A program made the translations under genes and the position numbers. Below are positions 1 through 11,740 of a stretch of 64,000 nt of DNA, one piece after another. How positions within the stretch are numbered: the stretch's first letter is position 1; each line of letters opens with the position of its first letter. Source of the DNA: Amoebidium appalachense (Eukaryota > Protista > Ichthyosporea); assembly GCA_963693365.1 (NCBI GenBank), contig CAVNZM010000004.1:5706564-5770563 (forward strand), read 5' to 3'. The notes under the pieces were generated by a model. It worked only from the letters and a program-made list of their open reading frames with translations. It was not told the origin of the DNA and searched no databases.

Positions 1-233
1 CGCGTTTAGGTCTCTTTAGGCCCAATTTTTTAGCTAAGTTTTTTGCCCACCCACCACACCCTTGCCTATTTAGGCACTAGGCTACGTTTTTTGAGCATGT
101 TTCTGTATAACATTTGTCATTCTTTTCATTGCTCCTGTGGAGCACACCTGTGCCTGCTTGTGAGATTGATCCATAGGCACCGGCTCATGTATCCCCTTGC
201 TGGGGCTGGTAAAGACGACGTTGGCATAAGAAA
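1..233 (+). mobile_element. Right end (end of repeat A, spacer C, repeat B) of a Ngaro-like YR retrotransposon, cut by the window edge
   Basis: Near-identical to 21325-21558; ends with GTTGGCATAAG-AA like the other copies. Confidence 0.9.
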
Positions 234-1505
234 AGTCGTCCGCAGTCGCCCTTTCTTTTGTAAGCAGCTTCGTGAGCGCGCTTCGTATCTTCATATCCTT
301 CAGTGCATGTCTGGATGGTGCCCCATCCTCTGCTTCTTTTGTAGGTGGCCCTACTGTAGGTTCTGTTCGTTGTGTGGAAAACCAAAACCATTCGTATTTG
401 TGGAACTGCTTTGTGCTGTGCTTTCTTTCATGTTGGTGTTCATGAAGTTACCCCATTCACACACCTACTACTTTCATACATCAGACGTAAGTAGCTGCCT
501 GGGGAGTGTGTGGTTCGTGTTCGTGGCATTCTTCTGTTCCTTCGTGAGAAGAATATTCGTTTAAGCCGAGGTGCCCAATAAGCAGCTTGTGGGGTTGTCT
601 CCCGCCTTTGCCCATTGGTGGGGTGTGTACGTGCTAAAGGGTTACAGTGTCATGGGATTTTGCAAGGGAATAACATGGCCATCTCCGTGCCAGGGCCAAG
701 GTCACATGATGGTTCAATGTGTTAAACAACAACACTATGCATTCGTTCGTATTCGTCTTCCACGTCACTTTCTTCAGTAGTGAAGGAGGGTATTCGTAAT
801 TCGAAACTGAAAGGCTTCCAGCCAAAATACTGACACTGTAAGCTAGGGTTGTGAGGGACGGTGCCCATACCACATTCTTTTGTTCTGGTGGGGGTGTGCC
901 GGCAGCTAGTGCAAGGCTTGACAGTGTAATTCGTATGTTACAGTATTGCCACAGACGGGCAATCACCTTAGATTTCGTACCCAACACCTTCTGTTTTTCA
1001 CATGCATGAACAAAAGTTCTGCATCTACTTTATTACAGCCTTCTGTGCACCAAGAGTGCAAGTTCGTTGGGGCATGGCACCAGGAAGGGCCATACATGAG
1101 GCATACGTTCGTAATGTGTTTAGCCTAAGGCACGCAGGCATACATTCGTAAGCATTTGTGCATCCTGTGCGCTAAACTATGGGCATGCTGTATTCGACAA
1201 GAGCAAGGGATTCAAAGCATGTATGCAACACTGCCTTCATAGCACCTACATGTTATAGCAACAGAGACTATTTTCTTCTTTAAGAGCATTCGTGCTGTGA
1301 GTGGCCGTGCATATAGTTGCGAGTGTGGACGTGCACGCGGTGGCATGGACACGATGACTGTGTGCAATAGCGTAATGCACGCAAGGGCAACAGTTTTCTT
1401 TTCTTTGTAACATAGAGGGGGCTGTGTGCATTGCAACCCAAGCAGTGTTGTGCATTCGTTCGTTTCATTTTCGTATTTTCCATTTCATTTTGCTTTTGTT
1501 TTTCG

Positions 1506-1863
1506 AAGTCATTTCTTCATATTTCCATAGGCAAAAATGTGGGCCGCGCTATATAATGAGCTTGCGCGGCCCCAGGGAGGTCAGTTGCGGCGCTACTGAG
1601 CGCGTTTATGTCTCTTTAGGCCCAATTTTTTAGCTAAGTTTTTGCCCACCCTCCACACCCTTTGCCTCTTTAGGCACTAGGCTACGTTTTTTGAGCATGT
1701 TTCTGTATGACATTTGTCATTCTTTTCATTGCTCCTGTGGAGCACACCTGTGCCTGCTTGAAAGATTGATCTTTAGGCCTGTGCCTGCTTGTGAGATTGA
1801 TCCACAGGCACCGGCTCATGTATCCCCTTGCTGGGGCTGGTAAAGACGACGTTGGCATAAGAA
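1506..1863 (+). mobile_element. Short terminal unit (partial A + C + B) of the Ngaro-like element
   Basis: Starts AAGTCATTTCTTCATATTTCC inside A and ends GGCATAAGAA; short internal duplication in B; same 5' start as 21558-21884. Confidence 0.85.
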
Positions 1864-3469
1864 GAACACTCAAATCCAAGCAAAACAGCAATGTCAAACA
1901 ATGGGCCAATTCTGGAATACAAATGATGGCCAATGACGAGGACCAATGAAAACGGAAGCGGGGGCGTGGTCTTTGCTGGAACAAGCCGGTTCCAGCCCTG
2001 CAGGCTTCGTTGGGCGGCCTGCAGGTGTGGACCCAGGCGTGGCATGAAATGCTTGATGCCGGCAGCTGTGTTGACACAGCGCTGACGCTGGCCACGCGAT
2101 GGATCAATGGCATAACACTCCTCAAAATACTCCACCAGGAGGTCGTCCAGTTCGACGGGGGACTTGGTGTCGGTGCCAGGGGGCAATCAATCCAGGAACT
2201 CAACATCAACAACAGCATCCTGGTAGGCCTTGAGGGTTGGGGGCTCTATGGCCTGGTCAGCCAGAAAATCGCGAGGGACCATCTGCAGGATTGTGGGCTG
2301 ACGGCAGCCACACACAATACAAACGAATGTCGAGGGCATGTAGGCAGCCACCTGGCGGCATACACGGTTAAGGCGTCGGGATGCTGAACGACCCTTAGCA
2401 ACAGCCCCAAGCAGCGCCGTTGAATCAAGGCCCCAAAGGTAGCGGGAGCCCCGGGCAGCCGTAGACCGACCTAATCGACGAAGTCTCAGGAGCAAGGCTT
2501 CTCCCTCCAGAATGTTGATGTGGTCGGAGTGGCGCCAACGATGACTGATGTTGGTGGTATACCCGCCACCAACAGCTGCCAGGATAGGTTCCGGGGGGCG
2601 GACGGGCTTGGCTCGTGCACGGGACCAGACAGCTGGCTGTAGTGGCCACGCCGGTTGCAGTGAGGCAGCACTTGGCGGAGGAGCGCTGCTGGAAGCACCC
2701 GGGACACCACTGCACCACCTAACGAGAAGCATCAGTGCAGAACATGGTGCTAGCAAACCCAGAACGCAAATCACAACGCATCAACGGGGCCAAAGCACAC
2801 ATCGCCTGAAGCTCCCACACCACGGGCGGTAGAAGGGGCTGTTCCCGACCCCCCAGCTGCTCCACAAAACTGTAGACGGCACTCAGAACCGACAAAAGCG
2901 GCCGCTGCAGCAGTGCCGCCCACACCCAACCACCAAGCAACTGCTGCAAACGGAGCTGTGTGACGACACCACGATGCAACACGGCCTGGGTTTCCGCCAC
3001 CAGACGGCACAAGGAAGCACCAGACGGGCGCAGTATCCCAGAGCGATGCATTTCCAGGCCTAGCAGCACCATAGAGGATGACGAACCAGCAGCCACATCC
3101 TTCTTGACGTTGGAGGGAAGACCAGCCGGGCCGGTGACGCCATGATACGATTCACGCTGACGATTGATGGCGTTGGCATCTGTGCCGACCCAGCCACAGT
3201 CGTCCACATACAGGGCATGCTGCGTGGCCTCCATAGGCCGCGGCACTATCGCACAGAGGCGCTCAATGCGGGGCATGCCGGCTCGGTCAGCCAACTGCCC
3301 ATGGACATCTTGAGCCACAAGCACAAAATGCACCCAGCCCATGGGCACACGGTCTTGAGGGCCGGGTACACAAGCCGGTCGGGCCCAGAAAGGCCAACAG
3401 CCTCAGAAGACACAGGCGGCAATCCGAAGTACCGCCACAGCCACTCGGGGGCAAGAAGACGATTGAACT
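1864..3469 (-). pseudogene. Internal fragment of Ngaro-like element: partial RT, RNase H and 5' part of tyrosine recombinase
   Basis: PMGWVH, YVDD, FCTDAS, HINILE and AVAKGRS motifs; colinear with 6532-8130; frameshifted and truncated at both ends. Confidence 0.9.
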
Positions 3470-3708
3470 AGTTACTTATTAACCATTTGAGAAGTATCAC
3501 AACTACAATGTTTGCTTTGTGTAGAGCACTAGTTCTATATAAAAAAACAATCATCAACATGTTTGTTGCAATTGCTAGTTGCGACCATTCTTATAAATAC
3601 ATGCAAGGGCTTGCACCGAAAATAAACAAAACTGGCAATTACGTTGTTTCAAAATTAGAATATCAATTAGTAAGTAATCCCTGGTTGTTTGTTGATTGGC
3701 ACATTGTG

Positions 3709-3742
<34 letters not shown>

Positions 3743-3821
3743 GCACAGGCATGCACACGCACACACACACACGCACACGCCACGCGAGCACACACACACC
3801 CACCCACACACACAGCCACCC

Positions 3822-3875
<54 letters not shown>
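3709..3875. repeat. (CA)n microsatellite
   Basis: Imperfect CA dinucleotide tract. Confidence 0.95.
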
Positions 3876-3878
<3 letters not shown>

Positions 3879-4017
3879 ACTCTAAATACTTTACCCATAG
3901 TGTTCTCACAAAGCCCCAATCGAACCGGATTAGACTATGAAGAAACACATTATTAAAGTTGTCCATCTCGGTGGTGTCTGAACGAGCAGGTCCGGGTTCA
4001 GATCCGGATGGCGTTGC

Positions 4018-4759
4018 AATATTTAGTTTGTAAACGTGTTTTCTTTGCAGGAGAATTAGTAGCCCTGTTGGAGTGAAATTGTGTGTTGCGAGTGTGCTGT
4101 AAAATTCGTAGTAGTAATATGTTGTAGGCCTTGGTGTGTTTGATGTGTGTGCAAAGTTTCAGGCTGCTAGGATTTCTATTTATGGAGCTGTAGCTGTTTT
4201 TAAGTTCTGTGGGATATGCCATATGGATATATTGATGATTGTGAATTATATCTAGTCCGAAGTGGGCGGCAATTAATTTGGTCCTTGTGATCAAGGGATT
4301 TTAGCCACTTGTGAAAAAAATTTTCATTGGTTGATGTGCAGCAAAAAATTCCATTTGGGTAAATTTCATGGATTTGATAGGTTCTAAGTAAATGAATTCA
4401 TATTTTCAAAGGCAAAAATGTGGGCCGCGCTTTATAATGAGCTTGCGCGGTCCCAGGTAGGTCAGTTGCGGCGCTACTGAGTGCGTTTAGGTCTCTTTAG
4501 GCCCAATTTTTTAGCTAAGTTTTTGCAACTCAAGTCTCCGTTTTTTTCGTGCCGTTGTTCGTTTTTTCTTTAGTTTCGTCTTCGCCCAGGAGCGCGCGCG
4601 TAGCTTGGTCAGCATCTGGTAAGAGTTTTGCGTGCGCGCCATTGCGTTTTAGCTGGTTTTCGAACGTTTTTTGCGGTGTCGTTTTTCCCGCGTTTTAGCA
4701 TTTTCCAGTCTTCGTTTTCAAGTTTTCGTGCTCTAGTTTGGTTTGTGAGCATTGCAATG
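4018..4759 (+). mobile_element. 5' fragment of Ngaro-like element (A1 plus leader up to the ORF1 start codon)
   Basis: Begins AAT-ATTTAGTTTGTAAACG; matches 15903-16644; similarity stops at GCAATG. Confidence 0.88.
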
Positions 4760-5219
4760 CGCACGTGCTTAGCTCTCAACCATTTGCAAGCTGTTTTTCG
4801 TAAACGCCACTCATGCCCTGCCCATATTCTTACCTTGCATGACTCCCGCGCATAGTGCTGCATATTTTGGTTTTGTTGATTGGAAAAATGCATATAATTG
4901 TCTGCCCATTAAGCGCTTGTGGCAGAAACTAGCTAAACGTGGTCTTCCGGCTTCACTAGGAATGCTTTTGCAGGCGTTGTTTGACCATACCCGTGGGCGT
5001 GCTGTTGTCAATGGATGCTTGTCATCTGAGTTTGAGCGTGCAAATGGCTTGCTGCAGGGTTCTTTGCTAAGCAGCTTTTTGTTTAATATTTACATAGATG
5101 ATTCGGCAGTCGAATCAGACAAACTTGCGGAAAAGGCCCCTTTTTCTTTCCCTCCTGCACTCTCCTTTACGCTGATGATGTGTTTGCTCGCCCACTGCCC
5201 TCGCCGTTTACAACGATTG
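4760..5219 (+). pseudogene. Degenerate non-LTR (LINE) reverse transcriptase fragment
   Basis: FVDWKNAY...LLQALFD...GLLQGSLLSSFLFNIYIDD; clearly related to the RT at 12700-13250 but diverged and frameshifted. Confidence 0.85.
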
Positions 5220-6013
5220 TTCTTATGCCAACGTCGTCTTTACCAGCCCCAGCAAGGGGATACATGAGCCGGTGCCTGTGGATCAATCTCACAAGCAGGC
5301 ACAGGTGTGCTCCACAGGAGCAATGAAAAGAATGACAAATGTCATACAGAAACATGCTCAAAAAACGTAGCCTAGTGCCTAAATAGGCAAAGGGTGTGGT
5401 GGGTGGGCAAAAACTTAGCTAAAAAAATTGGGCCTAAAGAGACCTAAACGCGCTCAGTAGCGCCGCAACTGACCTCCCTGGGGCCGCGCGAGCTCATTAT
5501 AGAGCGCGGCCCACATTTTTGCCTATGGAAATATGAAGAAATGATTTAGAACCTATCAAATCCATGAAATCTACCAAAATGGAATTTTTGCTGCACATCA
5601 ACCAATGAAAAATTTTCACAAGTGGCTAAAACCCCTAGATCATAAAGACCAAATCGATTGCCGCCCATTTCGGACTAGATATAAATCAAACTCATCAATA
5701 TATCCATATGGCATATCCCACAGAACATAAAAACAGCTACAGCTCCCTAAATAAAAATGCTAGCAGCCTGAAACTTTGCACACACATTAAACACACCATG
5801 GCCTACAGCATTATACTACCACGAAGTTTACAGCACACTCGCAACACACAATTTCACTCCAACGGGGCTATCTAATTCTCCTGCAAAGAAAACACGTTTA
5901 CAAACTTAATATTCTTATGCCAACGTCGTCTTTACCAGCCCCAGCAAGGGGATACATGAGCCGGTGCCTGTGGATCAATCTCACAAGCAGGCACAGGTGT
6001 GCTCCACCACTCC

Positions 6014-6943
6014 CTACCTGGCACGGGAAAGAACGAACCATGCCGTGGGTGACTGACGCAGCGCTGCAGCCCGGGCAAGGAGCGACGCAGGCACGCGAAT
6101 AGAAAGAACAAGAGACTGGCCGGCCTGCACATACCGGCGGAGGGAGGCATGTGATCTCCATCGACCACGCAGAGCAATCGTCTCTACTGAAACACCCCTG
6201 ACATAGTCTCTCGAGGCACCACCATGGCGAAGACTGTGAAGATGGAACCCATACTCGTTGAGGCCGAGGGAGTCACATGCCGCTTGGAACTTGGCACGCA
6301 GAACATCATACGAGAAAGGAAACAGCCGCGCAGAAGGGGGGGCGCCACGGAACCAGAAAGACAGGATGGCCAACAGGGATGGATCGGTGATGGGGACAAA
6401 CTGATTTGGACCGGTCTTGGTGTCGGCCAGGCGGATGCCGCCTGTACCGGGTGGCATGTCGTGGGGAACGGGGTCGTCGGGCAAAATAAGATCCGCACGG
6501 GTGAGCATAAGCAGCTCACTGACACGAAAATAACACTCAAATCCAAGCAAAACAGCAATACCAAACAAGGGGCCAATTTTGGAATGCAAATGATGGCCAA
6601 TGACGAGGACCAATGAAAACGGAAGCGGGGGCGTCGTCTTTGCTGGAACCGGCTTGTTCCAGCCCTGCAGGCTCCGTTGGGCGGCCTGCAGGTGTGGACC
6701 CAGGCGTGGCATGAAATGCTTGATGCCGGCAGCTGTGTTGACACAGCGCTGACGCTGGCCACGCGATGGATCAATGGCATAACACTCCTCAAAATACTCC
6801 ACCAGGAGGTCGTCCAGTTCGGCGGGGGACTTGGTGTCGGTACCAGGGGGCAACCAATCCTGGAACTCAACAACAGCATCCCGGTAGGCCTTGAGGGTTG
6901 GGGGCTTTATGGCCTGGTCAGCCAGAAAACCGCGAGGGACCAT
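6014..6943 (-). CDS. Tyrosine recombinase of the YR retrotransposon (intact frame)
   Basis: Catalytic set R (FRVSE), K (TKTG), HxxR (HSLRH), GRW, Y (RRYV). First ATG at 6943 overlaps the RNase H end; the ORF track extends the open frame to 7030. Confidence 0.92.
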   Translation of the reverse strand: MVPRGFLADQAIKPPTLKAYRDAVVEFQDWLPPGTDTKSPAELDDLLVEYFEECYAIDPSRGQRQRCVNTAAGIKHFMPRLGPHLQAAQRSLQGWNKPVPAKTTPPLPFSLVLVIGHHLHSKIGPLFGIAVLLGFECYFRVSELLMLTRADLILPDDPVPHDMPPGTGGIRLADTKTGPNQFVPITDPSLLAILSFWFRGAPPSARLFPFSYDVLRAKFQAACDSLGLNEYGFHLHSLRHGGASRDYVRGVSVETIALRGRWRSHASLRRYVQAGQSLVLSIRVPASLLARAAALRQSPTAWFVLSRAR

Positions 6944-8939
6944 CTGCAGGATTGTGGGCTGACGGCAGCCACACACAATACAAACGAATGTCGAGGGCAA
7001 GCGTGTAGGCAGCCACCTGGCGGCATACACGGTTCAGGCGTCGGGATGCTGAACGACCCTTAGCAACAGCCCCAAGCAGCGCCGTCGAATCAAGGCCCCA
7101 AAGGTAGCGGGAGCCCCGGGCAGCCGTAGACCGACCTAATCGACAAAGCCCCAGGAGCAAGGCTTCTCCCTCCAGAATGTTGATGTGGTCGGAGTGGCGC
7201 CAACGATGACTGATGTTGGTGGTCCACCGGCCACCAACAGCTGCCAGGATAGGTGCCGGGGGGCGGACGGGCTTGGCTCGTGCACAGGACCAGACAGCTG
7301 GCTGTAGTGGCCACGCCGGTTGCAGTGAGGCAGCACTTCTCGGAGAAGCGTTGCTGGAAGCACCCGGGACAGCACTGCACCACCCAACAAGGAAGCATCA
7401 GTGCAGAACATGGTGCTAGCAAACCTAGAACGCAAATCACAACGCATCAAAGGGGCCAAAGCACACATCGCCTGAAGCTCCCACACCACGGGCGGGGGAA
7501 GGGGCTGTTCCCGACCCCCCAGCTGCTCCACAAAACTGTAGACGGCACTCAGAACCGACAAAAGCGGCCGCTGCAGCAGTGCCGCCCACACCCAACCACC
7601 AAGCAACTGCTGCAAACGGAGCTGCGTGACGACACCACGACGCAACACGGCCTGGGTTTCCGCCACCAGACGGCACAAGGAAGCGCCAGACGGGCGCAAT
7701 ATCCCAGAGCGATGCATTTCCAGGCCTAGCAGCACCATAGAGGACGACGAACCAGCAGCCACATCCTTCTTGACATTGGAGGGAAGACCAGCCGGGCCGG
7801 TGACGCCATGATACGATTCACGCTGACGATTGATGGCGGTGGCATCTGTGCCGACCCAGCCACAGTCGTCCACATACAGGGCATGCTGCGTGGCCTCCAC
7901 AGGCCGCGGCACTATCGCACAGAGGCGCTCAATGCGGGGCATGCCGGCTCGGTCAGCCAACTGCCCATGGACGTCTTGAGCCACAAGCACAGAATGCACC
8001 CAGCCCATGGGCACGGTCTTGAGGGCCGGGTACACAAGCCGGTCGGGCCCAGAAATGCCAACAGCCTCCGAAGACACAGGCGGCAATCCGAAGTACCGCC
8101 ACAGCCACTCGGGGGCAAGAAGACGATGGAACTGGTTGTCCATGTCCGACTTGCCAAAATAGAGGCAATCCTCAGGCCCCAGCAACAGATCGGCAAAATC
8201 GGCAGGGTTGGGCAGGTGCACCTGGAGGGCAGGATGATCACGGGCAAAGAAAAGGTTGCCACGGCGGCCGTCAAAAATGACGCGGGCTCTGGTGTCTTTG
8301 GGGACCCCAAACAGCCCATTGATGGCCAGTGGTTTTTCCTTCGCCTCGAAATAGTGCACCATGCCGCAGTCTTGAAGCCGAAGAAGCAGGGGACCGTATT
8401 CCCCACTGGGAACGTGATGCGCCGGTCGGATGCGGCGCAGCTCTGCAGGCGTCGGCGGAACAGGCTTGAGAAGGCCGCCGTCGCAGTTGGCCAAAAACGG
8501 CTGGCAGCGTAGGAGACAAAAACTGCAACACGTCCACTGTGGCTCCAACCCCAGGGGGTGGCAAAGCGGCATTTGCCGCCGTGAGAGGTAGCCATCCTGT
8601 CAATACAGGGTAGGCCGCGGGGAACGCAGCCAAGACACTACTCGCAGGCTGAGCGTCGTAGACACCCGCGCGTATAGCATCGTAGCTGGCCTTAAGGACA
8701 AAGGTCCACAGGGCATGGTGGTGACTGTTCAGCAACCGGGTCGGGAATGGGCAAGGGCCGCCTGCCCACAGCTCGTTGAGGGCACCAAGACAACGGTTAG
8801 CCAAGGTAACCCCCTTCAGGCGGTGAGACAGACGTTGCCGACAGCGTTGACTCCGTAGACGGGCTTGTCCAGAACGGTCCGGCACAGGAATGGCCGGAAC
8901 AGGGAACAAATCAGAGGCGGCAAAGACATGACGTGGCAT
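6918..8939 (-). pseudogene. RT / RNase H ORF of the YR retrotransposon (two frameshifts, ~8505 and ~7260)
   Basis: KSDMDNQFHRL, VPMGW, LYVDD, FCTDAS, HINILE, DS..AVAKGRS, WLPSAHNPADGPSR. Frameshifts may be real or assembly errors. Confidence 0.9.
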
Positions 8940-9049
8940 AGCTGTGGAATCCTTAGAAAAATTAGGGGGCATATTTAATCAAGGGCACGTGGCAGGAAGC
9001 CACAAGAAAATAATATACAGAACCGCGTGCCGAACCCCGAAAGGGCCGT

Positions 9050-10083
9050 TTAGGCCCTGTGCCCACCGGTCCCCGGAGGGGTCGATGGACCGGCTCCGGA
9101 TGGGCCACTGCCGGGACCGCGCCGAGCCCGGGTGACTTCGGCGAGGGTCTTGGCTTGACGAACAGCCCGGGTGGCCAAGGCAGGGGGCAGGGGCAGGCTG
9201 CGCGCAGGGAGCTCCTCAAACTGCTCTGCAACAGCCCAGTCCCCGTTGGACTGATCAGCAGTCTGCACAGCCAGCAGACGGCGCACACCAACTTCCACAG
9301 CAGGTGACTCCTTGCGGGCCTTAGGGTCGGCGGCCAGCAGCAGATCCAGCATACGGGCAAGCGTCAGAGCCTCCCGTTTGTTGCGGTAGCTGACACAATC
9401 CGCCGCGTGGACAGCCGCAGTGACCGAGGCCTGGTCAGCCAAGGTGCTCTTGAGGTAGGAAGGGGCCAGACGTTCTTTGACGCGCAGGTTGACTTTGGCA
9501 CCGGAGGAGAGCAGATAAAGGCTGGGGGTGGGTTTGGAACGGCCAGAGGAACGACGGCGGCGAGAGGAATCAGAATCCTTACTCGACGATGGGTTGTCTT
9601 CACTGCCGGTGTCGTACGCATAGACAGGCTCCTTGCCCTTTGCCCGCGCAGACAGCGTGCTCAGCAGGCCGCCGGCAGAGGGCTTCTTGGGGCGACCAGA
9701 CTGGGCAACAGAGAGGGCTTGCACTTGGGCAGAAAGCGCCTGCAGCTGCTCTTGGACGTCTACACACCGTCAGAACGCCGCTGGGGAGAGGGCGACCCAG
9801 GTGGGGGGGAGGCACGGCCGCTGCGAGGAGTGCGACAGAGCAAGTGGAGCTGGTCGGTGACTTTCCAACCGACCATCTCAGGGTCATCAAAAGCCACCGA
9901 GCGCGCCTTGAGGGCTGAAACCACACTGTTGACGGTTTCTGCCGGCAGGCTGTTCCAGGGGAGGGCGTTGGACTGCAAAACGGCCAGACTTTTGAGACTT
10001 GCGTCGTCCGCATCGGTAGAGATCTCCAAAAGCTTTTCGAGGAGAGCGGCCCCCTTGGCGACCAGAGCAGATGGAGGGGCCAT
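9050..10083 (-). pseudogene. ORF1 (gag-like) of the YR retrotransposon, frameshift near 9760
   Basis: Matches the intact ORF1 at 16642-17697; position directly after A1 and the leader. Confidence 0.8.
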
Positions 10084-10797
10084 TGCAATGCTCACAAACC
10101 AGACTAGAGCACGAAAACTTGAAAACGAAGACTGGAAAATGCAAAAACGTGGGAAAACCGACACCGCAAAAAACGTCCGAAAACCAGCTAAAACGCAACG
10201 GCGCAAACGCAAAACTCTTACCAGATGCTGCCGAAGCTAAGCGCGCGCTCCTGGGCAAAAACAACTAGAGAAAAAACGAACAAGAGCGCGAAAAATGAGG
10301 ACTAGAGTTGCAAAAACTTAGCTAAAAAATTGGGCCTAAAGAGACCTAAACGCGCTCAGTAGCGCCGCAACTGACCTCCCTGGGGCCGCGCGAGCTCTAG
10401 AGCGCGGCCCACATTTTTGCCTCTGGAAATATGAAGAAATGATTTAGAACCTATCAAATCCATGAAATCTACCAAAATGGAATTTTTGCTGCACATCAAC
10501 CAATGAAAAATTTTCACAAGTGGCTAAAACCCCTAGATTATAAAGACCAAATCGATTGCCGCCCATTTCGGACTAGATATAACTTAAACTCATCAATATA
10601 TCCATATGGCATATCCCACAGAACATAAAAACAGCTACAGCTCCCTAAATAAAAATGCTAGCAGCCTGAAACTTTGCACACACATCAAACACACCATGGC
10701 CTACAGCATTATACTACCACGAAGTTTACAGCACACTCGCAACACACAATTTCACTCCAACGGGGCTATCTAATTCTCAAACTTAATATTTAATGTG

Positions 10798-11022
10798 GTT
10801 TTCTTTGCAGGAGAATTAGATAGCCCCGTTGGAGTGAACTTGTGTGTTGCGAGTGTGCTGTAAACTTCGTAGTAGTTGCATGTTGTGTTTGATGTGTGTG
10901 CAAAGTTTCAGGCTGCTAACATTTTTATTTAGGGAGCTGTAGCTGTTTTTATGTTCTGTGGGATATGCCATATGGATATATTGATGAGTTTTAGTTATAT
11001 CTAGTCCGAAATGGGCGGCAAT
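10798..11022 (+). repeat. Partial repeat A, inverted relative to the adjacent A1
   Basis: GTTTTCTTTGCAGGAGAATTAG...GGGCGGCAAT matches the first half of A. Confidence 0.88.
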
Positions 11023-11166
11023 TTTTCTTTTGACTGGATTTATTCGACGGAAAGATATGCAAGTATGCACGGCATACTGAGAAGACAATAAAAACTTCAC
11101 GAGTTATCCAGTAACAAGTGCATACTGAGATACCTGAACACTGTGTGAAAATCATATAAATACTCA

Positions 11167-11600
11167 ATTCTTGTGCCGTCACTCTTTACTCGCCCCAGCA
11201 AGGGGATAGATTACTTGCAGTGTCGTGTGTAGGTGCCTAGGCTGCAAACACAAACACATGTGCTCTCCAAGGAGACACATTTTAGATGGCAGGCCATCAC
11301 CACAGCCACTCATGGGAGGGTGGGCGGGAAAAACAAAACACTTAACTAGAGAAAACAACCGTTTACGGGCCTCAGGAGGCCCTGCCAACTTGCTAGACTA
11401 AGGACACATTCTGCTCAGGAGCAGTGCCAGCGACTGAGAGGCCTACGAATCTGCGGGCTAGCGGTTTATATACACGCAGGATATGGCTCACAACATCCGA
11501 TTGGCTACAGGGGAATGTAAAGACCAAATATGGCTACACTTAAACAAGACCAATCATTGCACTTACATTTACGTACAGAGAACTGATTGGCTAAGCCATA
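11167..11600 (-). mobile_element. Terminal unit (B-C-A-like) of a second, diverged YR retrotransposon family; far boundary approximate
   Basis: ATTCTTGTGCC...CTTTAC..GCCCCAGCAAGGGGATA parallels ATTCTTATGCC...CTTTACCAGCCCCAGCAAGGGGATA of family 1; further colinear blocks (TGTGCTC, GGGTGGGC, CTTAACTA, GCTCAG). Confidence 0.6.
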
Positions 11601-11740
11601 CCTAGAGACTAACCAATCGGAATGCAAAGTAGTTGGCAGTTCGAATTCCACTGGCACATGTCACTTCGTCGTCGTGGCTGCATACTCAATGTGACGACCA
11701 ACAGAATTCAACAAAAAGTCTAAAGTGTTCACATTGCCAG

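Larger units (their letters stand above)
5220..10790 (-). mobile_element. Full-length Ngaro/DIRS-group tyrosine-recombinase retrotransposon (copy 1)
   Basis: Split direct repeats: A1 ~10310-10787, B1 5914-6007, A2 ~5408-5910, B2 5222-5315; ORF1, RT/RH and YR lie in order between A1 and B1. Confidence 0.95.

Noticed and set aside
634-987. SAP-like motif GTKSKVIARL
   Set aside because: Too short, the upstream frame is closed, and I could not build a gene model.
6014-6943. Phage or integron integrase interpretation of the tyrosine recombinase
   Set aside because: It overlaps an RT/RNase H ORF and lies within split direct repeats, which identifies a DIRS/Ngaro-type retroelement.
6184-10268. Many overlapping and antisense ORFs in the YR elements and gypsy gag
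   Set aside because: Expected shadows of GC-rich coding sequence; no motifs, and they recur only because the copies are near-identical.
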